Virus record (IMG/VR): IMGVR_UViG_3300032342_000007
Coordinates: 1-56,047 of that record
Strand: one strand, 5' to 3'
Length of the DNA stretch: 56,047 nt
Source of the DNA: a virus
Taxonomy: Duplodnaviria; Caudoviricetes
In this document: positions 18,842 to 28,341 of the stretch, one piece after another
How positions within the stretch are numbered: the stretch's first letter is position 1
How the letters are laid out: each line of letters opens with the position of its first letter
Made by a program: the position numbers and the translations under genes
The notes under the pieces: generated by a model
Databases searched by the model: none
Told to the model about the DNA's origin: nothing
Seen by the model: the letters and a program-made list of their open reading frames with translations, nothing else

Positions 18842-19234
18842 TCAGTTGCTCTCGATTTCCCGAAGCAAAATCTCAGCGGGCTCGCAGTGGCAATCCTCTG
18901 CCGACCGCTTGTGCTGCGAGAGCGCTGCACGCTTGCCTTCGGTGTACGCCACGCGAAGCAGCTTCAGCGCCTCATCACGCGGCACGCCGAAGATGCGCGC
19001 CACGCCGTCCACTCGGCCCAGCTCACGCGCGAGACTGATGAACAGGTGCTGAAGCCCTTCCAGCGTCGAGTCCGAGTCATCGTCCCGACCGCTCCAGAAG
19101 TCCGAGACGAGGTGCTGAAGGCGCTCCTCGAACGGCGGCGGTTCCGAACAGACGCAGGTCGGCTCCAAGGTAGGTGAAGGTGTGGGTGCGGGGGGTGCTG
19201 GTGTTGGAGCCGGGGCTGACCGAGCGGCGCTCAT
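18842..19234 (-). CDS. Hypothetical protein
   Basis: ATG 19234 (ATGA overlap); Pro-rich N-terminus. Confidence 0.55.
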   Translation of the reverse strand: MSAARSAPAPTPAPPAPTPSPTLEPTCVCSEPPPFEERLQHLVSDFWSGRDDDSDSTLEGLQHLFISLARELGRVDGVARIFGVPRDEALKLLRVAYTEGKRAALSQHKRSAEDCHCEPAEILLREIESN

Positions 19235-19425
19235 ACCCGGTCCTCGGGCCGCGCGTTGGCGGCTCGGTGTCGGAGTAGGGAGTCGCCGCGAACGTGCCAC
19301 CAGACGCCCTCCAGAGCCTTCAGGTACAGCGGATCGCCCTCGTAGGCGCGGGTCCGCCAGTACAGCCACCGCACCGCGCTCAAGGCGAAGGCTCGCAGGC
19401 TTTTGACGACCGGTCTACTTTCCAT
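19231..19425 (-). CDS. Hypothetical protein
   Basis: 64 aa, fills the operon gap and overlaps both neighbours. Confidence 0.5.
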   Translation of the reverse strand: MESRPVVKSLRAFALSAVRWLYWRTRAYEGDPLYLKALEGVWWHVRGDSLLRHRAANARPEDRV

Positions 19426-19942
19426 GACTTGCCCCCTTTTTCAGGCGCTCGAACACTGCCTTGGAGATGACCACCAAGTCGAGCGGTGTTTGCCCCGGAC
19501 GGAAGGGGGTCTCGAAGGTGAGGATGACGGCGGGCTCAGTTCCGGCCGCCGCCGCACCGTGGGCAACCTTCACCCACCACTCCTTTTTGAACGAGATGGA
19601 CGCGTTGTCCGTGCGCTTGTGCTCGTAGTGAAAGTCCTTCGACCCGATGTCGCCGTCGAGAGTGATGTTCTCGAAGCCCGGCTTGTGCAGCTCGCCCCGA
19701 AACGAGATGTCGGACACCTTGAGCGTCTTCGAGTACCGCGACCGGAGTTTACCTCCGGAGTTGGGGAGCCGCCGCCCGCCCAGCTCCTTCGCCAGCCGCA
19801 ACTCGTGCTTCTTCGACCGCGCGTAGCGGTCGTGGTTGTCGTCGAGGTACTTGAGCGTCCGGCCCTTCGGGGCCTCGTCGTTCTTTACGTCAAGGTGCTT
19901 GAGCCGCAACCCTTTCGGCTTCTCGTCGTCATCGTCGCTCAT
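19415..19942 (-). CDS. Hjc-like PD-(D/E)xK resolvase/endonuclease
   Basis: HELRLAKELGGRRLPNSG...GDI...YEHKRT...ISFKKEWW. Confidence 0.75.
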   Translation of the reverse strand: MSDDDDEKPKGLRLKHLDVKNDEAPKGRTLKYLDDNHDRYARSKKHELRLAKELGGRRLPNSGGKLRSRYSKTLKVSDISFRGELHKPGFENITLDGDIGSKDFHYEHKRTDNASISFKKEWWVKVAHGAAAAGTEPAVILTFETPFRPGQTPLDLVVISKAVFERLKKGASHGK

Positions 19943-20277
19943 GGAGCCTCAGGGACTGGCTCTGGCTTCGACGTGTTCGCGGTCAGCTCGACAACACACT
20001 GGAAAACGTACTCCCGGTCCTCTTCAGGAGACCACAGGCGTAGGCGCTCGCCCAGAGCGAGAGTGCCTGTCAGGTCGCGCTCGTCGCCGTTGTCGAACCG
20101 CAACAGGTACTCAAAGCCCTTCTCGGTGGCAGAGATCTTCAGCACCTGCCCAGAGACGGGAACACCTTGCCACTTACCGAGGAACATCCCCTTCACAGGG
20201 AGCTTCGCCTCCGGAGGCGCAATCCAGACGGTGAGGTCATCGCCGTCCTCTCGGCACACCAGTCCGTAGTGCTTCAT
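19939..20277 (-). CDS. Hypothetical protein
   Basis: ATG 20277 after GGAG; beta-rich. Confidence 0.6.
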   Translation of the reverse strand: MKHYGLVCREDGDDLTVWIAPPEAKLPVKGMFLGKWQGVPVSGQVLKISATEKGFEYLLRFDNGDERDLTGTLALGERLRLWSPEEDREYVFQCVVELTANTSKPEPVPEAP

Positions 20278-20285
20278 GCTGACTC

Positions 20286-20537
20286 CTATCCGTTGAACTT
20301 CTCGATCTTCACCACCATCGCGCTGAGTCTTTCTGCCATGCGCTTGCGCATCGCCACCAACACCACGCCGTACTCGCTCGCCGACTCCGTCTTCGAGAAA
20401 TCCTTCGTCATTGTGACCATGCCTTTGAGAATGTAGTCCTCCATCTCGTTGGCGATCTCGTTCGCGATGTTCTCCCCGATTTTCTGACGAGCATCGTCCG
20501 GAAGAACTTTGATCAACTGGTTGGCCATCGAGTTCAT
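20286..20537 (-). CDS. Hypothetical protein
   Basis: ATG 20537 after GGAG; helical. Confidence 0.6.
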   Translation of the reverse strand: MNSMANQLIKVLPDDARQKIGENIANEIANEMEDYILKGMVTMTKDFSKTESASEYGVVLVAMRKRMAERLSAMVVKIEKFNG

Positions 20538-20701
20538 AGGTTCTCCAAGGTTGACTGCTCGAACGGATCTGACGAGCCACGAGTGTGCCCCGCCGGGCAC
20601 CGCCACACCCACTGCATCGGGAACGACAACAAGTGCTCCGGGTCCAGCTCCGCCTGCGCCGGAAGACCGCAAACGGCGCAAGGCGAAGCTTCGGGGGCTA
20701 C
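20534..20701 (-). CDS. Possible small Zn-ribbon protein (start codon unclear)
   Basis: CAVC...CPAGH, ends in an ATGA overlap with the next gene. No canonical start lies between the recA stop and the first Cys. Confidence 0.3.
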   Translation of the reverse strand, partial: VAPEASPCAVCGLPAQAELDPEHLLSFPMQWVWRCPAGHTRGSSDPFEQSTLENL

Positions 20702-22212
20702 GCTACCTCGGTCGCCGGGGTCTCCACTGCCTCTTCCGGGACCGGTTGCAGCCCGAGGTCCTGCACCGGCTCGTTGATGAGCTTCAGGATGGTCTGCTTG
20801 ACCAGCCGGTAGAAGTCCGGGTCGAGCCTCATCCGCTTGTCGATGAGACCCTTCGAGTCGTAGCGGCCTCCGAGGCAGGTCCAATGCGAGCTTTCCTTGG
20901 TGATGATTCCGAGAGCCTGTGCTTCCGCCATCACGGCGTCTTCGTCAAGCACGTCACCCGTCTGCTTGGTGGTGCCGTCCACCATCGCCATCTTGAAGGA
21001 GTCGGTGCGCTTGGCCCCTCCCGCCTTGCTCTTCTCGATGTGGAAAGGGAACTCCACCTCGATGGGAATCGGGTGGTCCTCGTCGGTCTTGTCGAATTCC
21101 CAGACGCCGGGCTTCATCTTCATCTCGACCGAAGCCGCAAAACCGGGAGCCATGCCGCCCGGCTGGACCTCGGGGTTGCCGAACATCACACCGATTTTCA
21201 TGCGGATCTGGTTCGTCAGGAAGACTGTCGGACGACGCTCGCTGTGGAGCCCAGCCATGTTGAGTCCCGAGACGAACTTGCGAACGCCTCTGTTGACGAT
21301 CTTGGCGTTCCCTCCCATCGTCTCCTTCTCAGTGGACTCCTCGATTTCCTTCGCGGGCGTAAGGAACGCGATGGAGTCGAGCGCGATGACATCGCAGTCT
21401 CCGGAACGAACCAGCGCATCACCGATGTCGAGGGACTGCTCAGCGTACTCCGGCACCGACAGCAGGAGCTTGTCGAGGTCGATGCCGTGCCGCAGCGCCC
21501 ACTTCTTGTCGAACGTGCCTTCCACGTCGATGAAGGCGCAGACCGCCTCGCGGTACTTCCGACAGCCGCACGTCGGTTTGATTTCTTCACCGAGAATCGG
21601 CACTCGAATCGTCGCGTGCTCGTCCTCAGGGTCGGGCTGCGTCTCGACGCGAAGCAGCTCCTTCCACTTGTCCCCGTGCGCGTACCAGCGCGCGACCGGC
21701 GCGGAGACCCACTCCTTCTTGGTCTTCTTTTCCGTCAGCGCGACCGCGTCCTCCGCCTTGACCTTCTTGCCCCGCTTCTTCGAGGCGATGACGGTGACCT
21801 CCCCCGTCGTCTCGTCGATGACTTCCGCGTCCTCGACTTCCACCTCGACGAGCTTGGCCCAATGCACGTACTCCCAACAGTTGGAGCACTGGTGCTGGGC
21901 TTCAGCGATGGTCTTGAACAGGAGCGTGGTCTTGCAGGACGACTTCATCCCGAAGATGACGTTGACGCGGCCCTGCGGCCAGCCGCCGCAGAGCGCCTTG
22001 TCCACCTGAAACACCCCGGAAGGGATGCGGAAGGCTTTGGCCACGCGCGCATCGGAGGCGCTGGTGAGGATGAGGTCGCCGTGCTTCTTCTTCAGCTTCT
22101 GAAAAAGCTCGGACGCCAACAGGTGCTGAATTCGCACCGGGTTGCGCTTCGCCGGAGTTTTCTTCTCGTCCTTCGGCTTCTCGTCCTTCTCGTCCTTGCT
22201 TTTTCGGGCCAT
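20698..22212 (-). CDS. recA: RecA recombinase with ~110-aa Cys-flanked insertion
   Basis: IPSGVFQVDKALCGGWPQGR, Walker A GMKSSCKTT, AFIDVE, IALDSIA, FLTNQIRMKIGVMFGNPE.PGG. ATG at 22212. Confidence 0.93.
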   Translation of the reverse strand: MARKSKDEKDEKPKDEKKTPAKRNPVRIQHLLASELFQKLKKKHGDLILTSASDARVAKAFRIPSGVFQVDKALCGGWPQGRVNVIFGMKSSCKTTLLFKTIAEAQHQCSNCWEYVHWAKLVEVEVEDAEVIDETTGEVTVIASKKRGKKVKAEDAVALTEKKTKKEWVSAPVARWYAHGDKWKELLRVETQPDPEDEHATIRVPILGEEIKPTCGCRKYREAVCAFIDVEGTFDKKWALRHGIDLDKLLLSVPEYAEQSLDIGDALVRSGDCDVIALDSIAFLTPAKEIEESTEKETMGGNAKIVNRGVRKFVSGLNMAGLHSERRPTVFLTNQIRMKIGVMFGNPEVQPGGMAPGFAASVEMKMKPGVWEFDKTDEDHPIPIEVEFPFHIEKSKAGGAKRTDSFKMAMVDGTTKQTGDVLDEDAVMAEAQALGIITKESSHWTCLGGRYDSKGLIDKRMRLDPDFYRLVKQTILKLINEPVQDLGLQPVPEEAVETPATEVA

Positions 22213-22219
22213 TGTTCCC

Positions 22220-22645
22220 TCAGTACGGCGTGTTGGCCTTGCTCGCGGTCGCGGCTGCGCGAACGTCAGCGGACTCGGCTTTGACCTTCTGCTCAACGAA
22301 GTCCTTCGCGTACTGGAAGCAATCGTCGATCTCTTCCTTGTAGCAAGGGACCGTCAAGCCGATGTGGACACGCACCGACTCGAAGTTGCCGATGTTGATG
22401 GTGAGCCCCACCTCGGCATTCACTGTGGCGGGCTGCGTGACGTAGCGGTGGATCGCCAACGTCGCGTCCTCCTTCGTTTCCTGCGGTCCGGTCGGAATCC
22501 CGTGAGACAGATGCTGCCGGGTCACCAGCACGGTCGTGGGTACTTCCTTCGAGCTTTTCTCAGCAAGGAGCCGCTGCTCCCAGACCGACTCAGCCTTCGC
22601 GAGAATCATCAACACCTGCGCCAGCGCTTCTTCTGTCGTTGCCAT
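22220..22645 (-). CDS. Conserved hypothetical phage protein
   Basis: GLTINIGNFESVRV motif; RBS present. Confidence 0.6.
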   Translation of the reverse strand: MATTEEALAQVLMILAKAESVWEQRLLAEKSSKEVPTTVLVTRQHLSHGIPTGPQETKEDATLAIHRYVTQPATVNAEVGLTINIGNFESVRVHIGLTVPCYKEEIDDCFQYAKDFVEQKVKAESADVRAAATASKANTPY

Positions 22646-22681
22646 CGTCCGTTCCTCGTTCTTGGTGTCCGAAAATCAGGT

Positions 22682-23560
22682 CTACTCGGCGTCCGTTGCG
22701 ACCAGTGCCGCTTGCATCACACCCGTCTTCTGCCAGCCCGCCGCCACTTCCGCCTTGAAGGAGTCCCACGCGGGGCGACCGCGAATGAGTCCCGGCCGCG
22801 AAGCAAACGCCTTCTCGACGACCGCGATCATCTTCACCGTGTACAACCGACGGCCCGGACGTTCTTCGCCCTCAGCCGTGGTGAACTGGCTGCGCAGCGG
22901 CGTCTTGGGTAGATCGCCCCGACGCTCCAAGTGCTCAAGCGTCACCACGGTGCGTCCGACCGCCTCTGCCAGCACGCCCACCGTGTACAGCGTCTCGGTC
23001 TTCTTCTTCCCGTTCTTGTAGAGCACCTCGCGCTCGTGGCCGACCGTCGAGTTGCGCACACGAACAATCGACGTATCGCGCTCGTCACGCTTCTCGATCT
23101 TCCCGGTCTTCGTCAGAATGTCGCGGATGTGTTCCACGTCTTCGTGCGAGTAGAGCCGGTCCTTGCCCTCGCGCCCCTCCGCATTCGACGGCGGAGGAAT
23201 GGTTCCGTTGCGCTCCCAGAGCCGAATCGCCTGAACAGAAACCCCCAGCCTCCGAGCAATCCGGCCGATGGAGAAGAGCGTGACTTTCCGCCCGTCGATC
23301 TCCACCTCCACCTGCTTCCAGCGAGCACTGACCCGAGTGCGCTTCGCCGAGGACTCCACCTTCTGTTCCGAAAGCCGCGCCTTGCGCGTAGCAGCTCGCG
23401 ACTTGCGGTTGCGTTCGAGCACCAGCGCGCGGTACTTCGGGTCGCTGTCGTACCGCCCGCGACGTTGCTTGTTCCACTCGGTCGAGTTGTCCTCGTACCA
23501 TTCCTTGAACTTCCGAGCTTCGTCGGCAGCCTTCGCTTCTTCAGTCTTGGTTTCGCTCAT
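22682..23560 (-). CDS. Transcriptional regulator with two MerR-type HTH domains
   Basis: FSIGRIARRLGVSVQAIRLWERNG...RLYS and YTVGVLAEAVGRTVVTLEHLERRG...RLYT. Confidence 0.8.
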   Translation of the reverse strand: MSETKTEEAKAADEARKFKEWYEDNSTEWNKQRRGRYDSDPKYRALVLERNRKSRAATRKARLSEQKVESSAKRTRVSARWKQVEVEIDGRKVTLFSIGRIARRLGVSVQAIRLWERNGTIPPPSNAEGREGKDRLYSHEDVEHIRDILTKTGKIEKRDERDTSIVRVRNSTVGHEREVLYKNGKKKTETLYTVGVLAEAVGRTVVTLEHLERRGDLPKTPLRSQFTTAEGEERPGRRLYTVKMIAVVEKAFASRPGLIRGRPAWDSFKAEVAAGWQKTGVMQAALVATDAE

Positions 23561-23580
23561 TTGGACATCCTTCTACGCAA

Positions 23581-23609
23581 AGCGTAGCAAGTGCTGAAGA
23601 AGTTGTCAA
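23581..23609 (-). promoter_or_regulatory. Sigma70-like promoter for the tandem-MerR gene
   Basis: TTGACA-17-TACGCT. Confidence 0.6.
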
Positions 23610-23612
23610 CGC

Positions 23613-24968
23613 TCATGCCACCCACCCCATCTTGGCGTAGAAGCGGTCGCGGTGACCGCCCATCTTCACGCACAGGTTCACCTTCTCATCGCGGAAGTCC
23701 ACGATGACTGGGTCCTTCTTGCCCTCAAACGGACGGAGTATCCGCCCAGACGCCTGCTCGACATCTCCCATCGGAACGGTGAAAAATGCGGTGTCGAGCG
23801 CGGGGATGTCGAGACCCTCGGAAGCGAACTGGGTCGTGGCGAAGATGACCTGCGCCTTGGCGGCCTCGTCAAGCGCGTCCTCGCCCATGCCACCGACGTA
23901 ATAGCCAACGGTCGGAGCGGGGCCAGCCTCGTCTTTCCACTGCACGCGAAGCTCGGCCTCAAGGTCGGAGAGGTGCTTCAGGCGCTCTGAGAGCACCAAA
24001 AGCTTGCGCCCGGCAACAATCGCCAGCACGAGCTGCTCGACCACGACCTTGTTTCGCGCCTTGTTCATGCACATGAACTTCAACAACAGATTCTTCGACA
24101 CCAAATTGGGGTTGAGAGAGGCGGTCTGTACGAGGTTGAAGTTGGTCCACACCTTGCGGACCTTGGGCTTCATCCGCTGCTCGGTGGAAGCGTAGAGGAT
24201 GGGACCGATGTGGAAGTTGAAGACGTTGTCAGCGCCGTCCTTGCGCCGGGGCGTGGCAGAAACCCCCAAGCGCCAACGCGCCTTGAACATCGGCGGAACC
24301 GCGCTCCACGTCTCAGCTCCGATGCGATGAACTTCGTCCGTGATGACCAACCCCGGCCACTCCTTGAAGAGGGGGCCGTAGTCTCGTCCTGCGATGGAAT
24401 GCACCATCGCGATGGCGATGTGCTTGCCCTGAAAGCTGCACTCGTCTTGTTGAATGAGACCGACTTTGGCGTCGGGAAGAAACTGGGCGATGCGTTCCTT
24501 CCACTGGTTGAGCAGGAACTCTTTGTGAACCACGACCAGCGTCGGAACGCCCAACTCGGCGATGAGACCGCACGACCACGTCGTCTTGCCCCACCCCGTC
24601 ACAGCGCGCACGACCCCGCCCAGCGACCCTGTGCGAAATTGCGCAGCAACCGTCTTCAGGGCGATCTGTTGGTCCGGTCGGAGGACACCGTTGAACTTCA
24701 GCGGTCCGGGCCACATGTCGGCACGGCCGTCCGACAGGTCCATCTCGATCTCGTGATGCGCTCGCTTGTTCGAGAGGAAATACTGGCGAGGGATGCCGAT
24801 GAGACCGGGTTCCTTGTCGTTGAACAGGTAGACAGGGCCGGGCGGGTCACCGGGGTGGTCACCCACCTTCTTTGGGTAGATGGTCAGCTTCGCCTTGAGC
24901 CCGGCGAGCTGCATCTCCGTCAGGTCAGCGCGCGGTAGCCACGCCCAACCGGCGACACGAACTTTCAC
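23613..24968 (-). CDS. Superfamily 2 helicase (UvsW/XPB-like)
   Basis: LRPDQ, TGWGKT, DEVH, SAT, EGLDIP, QASGRILR. Confidence 0.92.
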   Translation of the reverse strand: MKVRVAGWAWLPRADLTEMQLAGLKAKLTIYPKKVGDHPGDPPGPVYLFNDKEPGLIGIPRQYFLSNKRAHHEIEMDLSDGRADMWPGPLKFNGVLRPDQQIALKTVAAQFRTGSLGGVVRAVTGWGKTTWSCGLIAELGVPTLVVVHKEFLLNQWKERIAQFLPDAKVGLIQQDECSFQGKHIAIAMVHSIAGRDYGPLFKEWPGLVITDEVHRIGAETWSAVPPMFKARWRLGVSATPRRKDGADNVFNFHIGPILYASTEQRMKPKVRKVWTNFNLVQTASLNPNLVSKNLLLKFMCMNKARNKVVVEQLVLAIVAGRKLLVLSERLKHLSDLEAELRVQWKDEAGPAPTVGYYVGGMGEDALDEAAKAQVIFATTQFASEGLDIPALDTAFFTVPMGDVEQASGRILRPFEGKKDPVIVDFRDEKVNLCVKMGGHRDRFYAKMGWVA

Positions 24969-25543
24969 TTGGGTGTCCCGTTCGGCGTCGGAGTCCGAGG
25001 CTGCAACAATTCGTTCGTGGTGAGTAGGTCACCGGGAATTGGACCACTGTGGTCAGGAAGCGCAGGCTCCACCTTCGCTGCCAGCTTGAGGGTGCAGGCG
25101 GTACAGGTGCTCATCGCCTTCTCGATGTCGCTGGCCAGCACGGTGTGAACGTCTCCTGCCGCGCAGACAAGGCACGTCGGAACCGCCGGGCCGCGCCCGC
25201 AGGCGTCACAGGGAAGGTCTGCCGGAGACACAGGTCGAAGCTGCACAACCTTCTGCGCCTCACGAACCTGCTCGTCACGCCGCAGTCCTTCGAGAGCGAA
25301 CACCAGAATCTCTTTGTAGGGGGAGTCTCCGCTCGCGCCTTGGCTGACCTTCACCATCTGGTCCCAGATGCGAGAGAGGAACAACGCGTCGTCCACCTGC
25401 TCGGGCGTGATGCCCTTCGGGAACAGAAGCCGAAACGCCCCGCCCGCGCGCGCGAACGTGTCGCCGTGGTTGCGATGCCGCTTCTCGACGAAGAGCCCAG
25501 CCTCACGTCCCAACTGCTCGAATTTGCCTTCGTCCGTTTTCAT
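24965..25543 (-). CDS. Degenerate DUF1599/Nmad1-like protein with C-terminal Zn finger
   Basis: HGDTF..AG..FRLLFPKGITPEQ.DD.L...RIWD...DSPY resembles a nucleotide-modification-associated domain. Three CxxC motifs. Confidence 0.45.
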   Translation of the reverse strand: MKTDEGKFEQLGREAGLFVEKRHRNHGDTFARAGGAFRLLFPKGITPEQVDDALFLSRIWDQMVKVSQGASGDSPYKEILVFALEGLRRDEQVREAQKVVQLRPVSPADLPCDACGRGPAVPTCLVCAAGDVHTVLASDIEKAMSTCTACTLKLAAKVEPALPDHSGPIPGDLLTTNELLQPRTPTPNGTPK

Positions 25544-25755
25544 CGAAAGAGCCCCATCACGTTCGGTCGTGCTTCGTTGCTTCGTTGATCTTCAGCCTCC
25601 GCACACACCGCCTCGAACCACGTCGGAGGCGGAACATCGAGCGCGGTCGCTGACTGCCATCGCAGCTCGATTTTTCGCTGCTTGCCACCGGTCTCTTCGA
25701 CAACCGCCACCACGCGGCTCTGCCCGAGGTACAGCGTGGCGAAAATGAGCTTCAT
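25540..25755 (-). CDS. Hypothetical protein
   Basis: ATG 25755 after GAGGAG. Confidence 0.6.
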   Translation of the reverse strand: MKLIFATLYLGQSRVVAVVEETGGKQRKIELRWQSATALDVPPPTWFEAVCAEAEDQRSNEARPNVMGLFR

Positions 25756-25846
25756 TGGTGGCTCCTCAAGGACCGTGTGGTCCCGTCCGAACGAGGACCG
25801 CGCAGGCGTACCCGCGCGGCCCCCGAAAACTCGGTTCAGCTTCGAC

Positions 25847-26635
25847 TCAGAACGGGATGTCTTCCGACGCGCCGGTCTTGGGCTCGTCAGCTTCCCCGCC
25901 CGCCTCATCCGGCTTCACGCCCGCGAGCATCATCCGCACGTCCTTCGCCGACTTCGGCTCGAACAGCGCGTAGTAGTTGAAGGGGACCAGCTTCGGCAGG
26001 GGCTTTCCGTCCGACCCGAGCTGGAGCTTGAAGGTCCGCTTGAGGTTGCGCATCGCATCCTCGTTCTCGACGGCCTTCGAGTACAGCTCCGACATCTTCT
26101 TGCCCCGGTAGTTGGCAACCTCGTACAGCTTGACGAGGTCAGCCTCCTTCTGGAACTCGTGCTCGTCGCCGATGTTGGGCGACTTGTCGTCGGCGCGGGT
26201 CGCCTTGTAGAGGCACCCGACCAGCGAGCCACGGTCCTTCTTCTTCAACGCGAACTTCTTCAGCGACTTCAGCTTCGCGGGCAGCAGCTTGATCTCGTAC
26301 TGGTGCGTGTTGCCCTTCTTGTCCACGTACTTCGAGCAGTCAACCACCGTGAAGTAGCCCGCCCAGTAGCGGCTCTTCGCCCCGAGGATCTCGCAGCACG
26401 CGGCACCGTCGTCGCTGACAGCCTGCAAGCAGGTCAGCCAGTTCTTGAAGTCGCCGTTGATCTTGGGGTTGTGTTCGTGGAAGCACAGCGGTTCGTCGTC
26501 GAGGAAGATGAGTTCCTTCGTCGTACCAACCGGCATCCAGAACCGATTCGGCCCGTACATCTGAGCGATTCGGTCTTCCTCGCGCTTGTTGCCCTCGAAG
26601 CCTTCAGTTGCCCAGCTCTGCTTTTGCTCAGCCAT
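25847..26635 (-). CDS. T4 gp32-like single-stranded DNA-binding protein
   Basis: RFW..IFLDD..FHEH..TCL..CCE..YFTVVD, with acidic tail SEDIPF. Confidence 0.7.
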   Translation of the reverse strand: MAEQKQSWATEGFEGNKREEDRIAQMYGPNRFWMPVGTTKELIFLDDEPLCFHEHNPKINGDFKNWLTCLQAVSDDGAACCEILGAKSRYWAGYFTVVDCSKYVDKKGNTHQYEIKLLPAKLKSLKKFALKKKDRGSLVGCLYKATRADDKSPNIGDEHEFQKEADLVKLYEVANYRGKKMSELYSKAVENEDAMRNLKRTFKLQLGSDGKPLPKLVPFNYYALFEPKSAKDVRMMLAGVKPDEAGGEADEPKTGASEDIPF

Positions 26636-26692
26636 GTTTGTTTATCTCGCTTGGTTATTGGTTATTTTCGCTACAGCGCACAGCGACTACGT

Positions 26693-27028
26693 TCAAAAGG
26701 GACGGTCATCATCCGTTCCCACCTGAACCCCTGCGGTCACCTCCTTCTTCGGTTGATCCGTTTTCTCGCTGCCGTCCGTTTTCGACCCGTTGTCCTTCTT
26801 CGACTTCTTCTTGTCCTCGACCAACTGAATCCGATCGACAAGACCACTTACCACCGACTCACAACCCGTACACAAGTCCTCGAACCGGAAAACTTCGACC
26901 CCCTTCCGCGTCAGCACCCACGGCTCCGGGTTCAACTTCGGCAACCCTTGGGCATAGGGGACCGACTGCATGTCGTACGGCTTCCCGCATCGGTCACAAA
27001 TCATGTTGAAGCTGACGTGAACGGACAC
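26693..27028 (-). CDS. Zn-binding hypothetical protein ending DDDRPF
   Basis: CDRC...DLCTGC. Confidence 0.65.
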   Translation of the reverse strand: MSVHVSFNMICDRCGKPYDMQSVPYAQGLPKLNPEPWVLTRKGVEVFRFEDLCTGCESVVSGLVDRIQLVEDKKKSKKDNGSKTDGSEKTDQPKKEVTAGVQVGTDDDRPF

Positions 27029-27052
27029 GGAAAACTCCTTCGTGCGCGGTTC

Positions 27053-27283
27053 CTAGCAACTGGGGACCGGCTTGTCAAAGGTTCCGAACACCAGCTCGAC
27101 TTCGGTCTCGAACGGACCCTCCAATTCCAACTGGGCCTTGAACCTGTCGTGCTCGGACGCGGTGATCGCCAGCAGGACAGCACCGGCAGCGCTCCCCACG
27201 AACGTCACCCCCAACTCAAATCGGAACGTCCCATACGCGTCTTTTCGAAACCAAACCTCCTTCGCCAGCGCCTTGAGCCTCAC
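27053..27283 (-). CDS. Hypothetical protein
   Basis: GTG 27283 overlaps the primase stop. Confidence 0.55.
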   Translation of the reverse strand: MRLKALAKEVWFRKDAYGTFRFELGVTFVGSAAGAVLLAITASEHDRFKAQLELEGPFETEVELVFGTFDKPVPSC

Positions 27284-28341
27284 GGCCGCACCCCCGGCGG
27301 ACCGATGAGTTCGTTCGCTTCGGTGGGCGTGAGGTCGTCCGGGTCGTCCCCGTCCCTCATGCTGACGATTTTGCACGGCAGGCGCTTGCTGATTTTCTCA
27401 CACCACGCCTCAGCCGCCTCCCGGCCCGGCTTGTCCCCATCAGGAACAATGACGACGCGGTTGAAGAAGCGCACCAGCTTTTCAAGCTGGAAGTCAGACA
27501 GGTGAGTGCCCATCACCGCACCAGTCGCGTAGCCATAGCTCTGAAGGCGCATCACGTCGAAGAAGCCCTCAGTCAAACAACCGACCCCAGTGCCGTTCTC
27601 GGTGAAGAACTGCTCGCCGTAGACGTAGTAGTCGCGCTTGAAACCTTTCGCGTGCATGTACTTCGGCGTCACGCCCTCGCGAAAGGCGCGACCGGAGTGG
27701 CCCACAAGCCGACCCTTGCAGTCTCGAATCGGAATGGTGATGCGCCCGAACTTGGCGTCCCAGCACACCTCCCACTTCTTCAAGACCTCAAGGGAAAAAC
27801 GCCGCTCGTTGACGAGGTAGTTCCGGATGCCTGCGGAACTGTGGTGTTCGATGGGGAGGAACTTTTCGATGAGTGTTTCCTCAGGAAGGATTCGCAAATC
27901 CTTCTCCGCCAGCCCCATCCCGAATGAGAGCTGGACGCCCTTGATACCCGCGACTTCCTTCTGGGGATCGAACACGGGCCGCGCACTCACCTGTTCGGGG
28001 TTCTGCAAGCGCTTACCCTGCGCCTCCAAGCGCTCACCCATCTGCTCGACCGTCATGCCATTGTGCGCGCTGACAAAGTCGAAGACCTCGCTCTGGTCTT
28101 CTCCGGAGCGCGCCTGAATCTTCCACAGCAACTCGGTGAGGCTGCCCTTGAAGTTGCAAGCGTGACAGGTGCAGCCGCTGTTGCCCTCTGAGATGGCAAC
28201 GCTGAACGACGGATGGTTGTCTACCAGCTTGGCGTGAGTCCAAGGCGCGAGTGGGCACGAGGAATAGATCCACTGCCCGCCCGGCTTGATTTTCGAGCAG
28301 CCGAGCTTCCGCAACATCACTTGGATGTGAGCGCTGTTCAT
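27280..28341 (-). CDS. dnaG: DnaG-like primase (Zn finger + TOPRIM)
   Basis: CPL..H..D.HPSF..CHAC; RITIPIRD..GRLVGHSGR; PKY; TEGFFD; PDGDKPG; DPDD. Confidence 0.92.
   Translation of the reverse strand: MNSAHIQVMLRKLGCSKIKPGGQWIYSSCPLAPWTHAKLVDNHPSFSVAISEGNSGCTCHACNFKGSLTELLWKIQARSGEDQSEVFDFVSAHNGMTVEQMGERLEAQGKRLQNPEQVSARPVFDPQKEVAGIKGVQLSFGMGLAEKDLRILPEETLIEKFLPIEHHSSAGIRNYLVNERRFSLEVLKKWEVCWDAKFGRITIPIRDCKGRLVGHSGRAFREGVTPKYMHAKGFKRDYYVYGEQFFTENGTGVGCLTEGFFDVMRLQSYGYATGAVMGTHLSDFQLEKLVRFFNRVVIVPDGDKPGREAAEAWCEKISKRLPCKIVSMRDGDDPDDLTPTEANELIGPPGVRP

Noticed and set aside
21550-21895. RecA insertion as an intein
   Set aside because: No terminal His-Asn followed by C/S/T, and no block B TxxH or LAGLIDADG motif.
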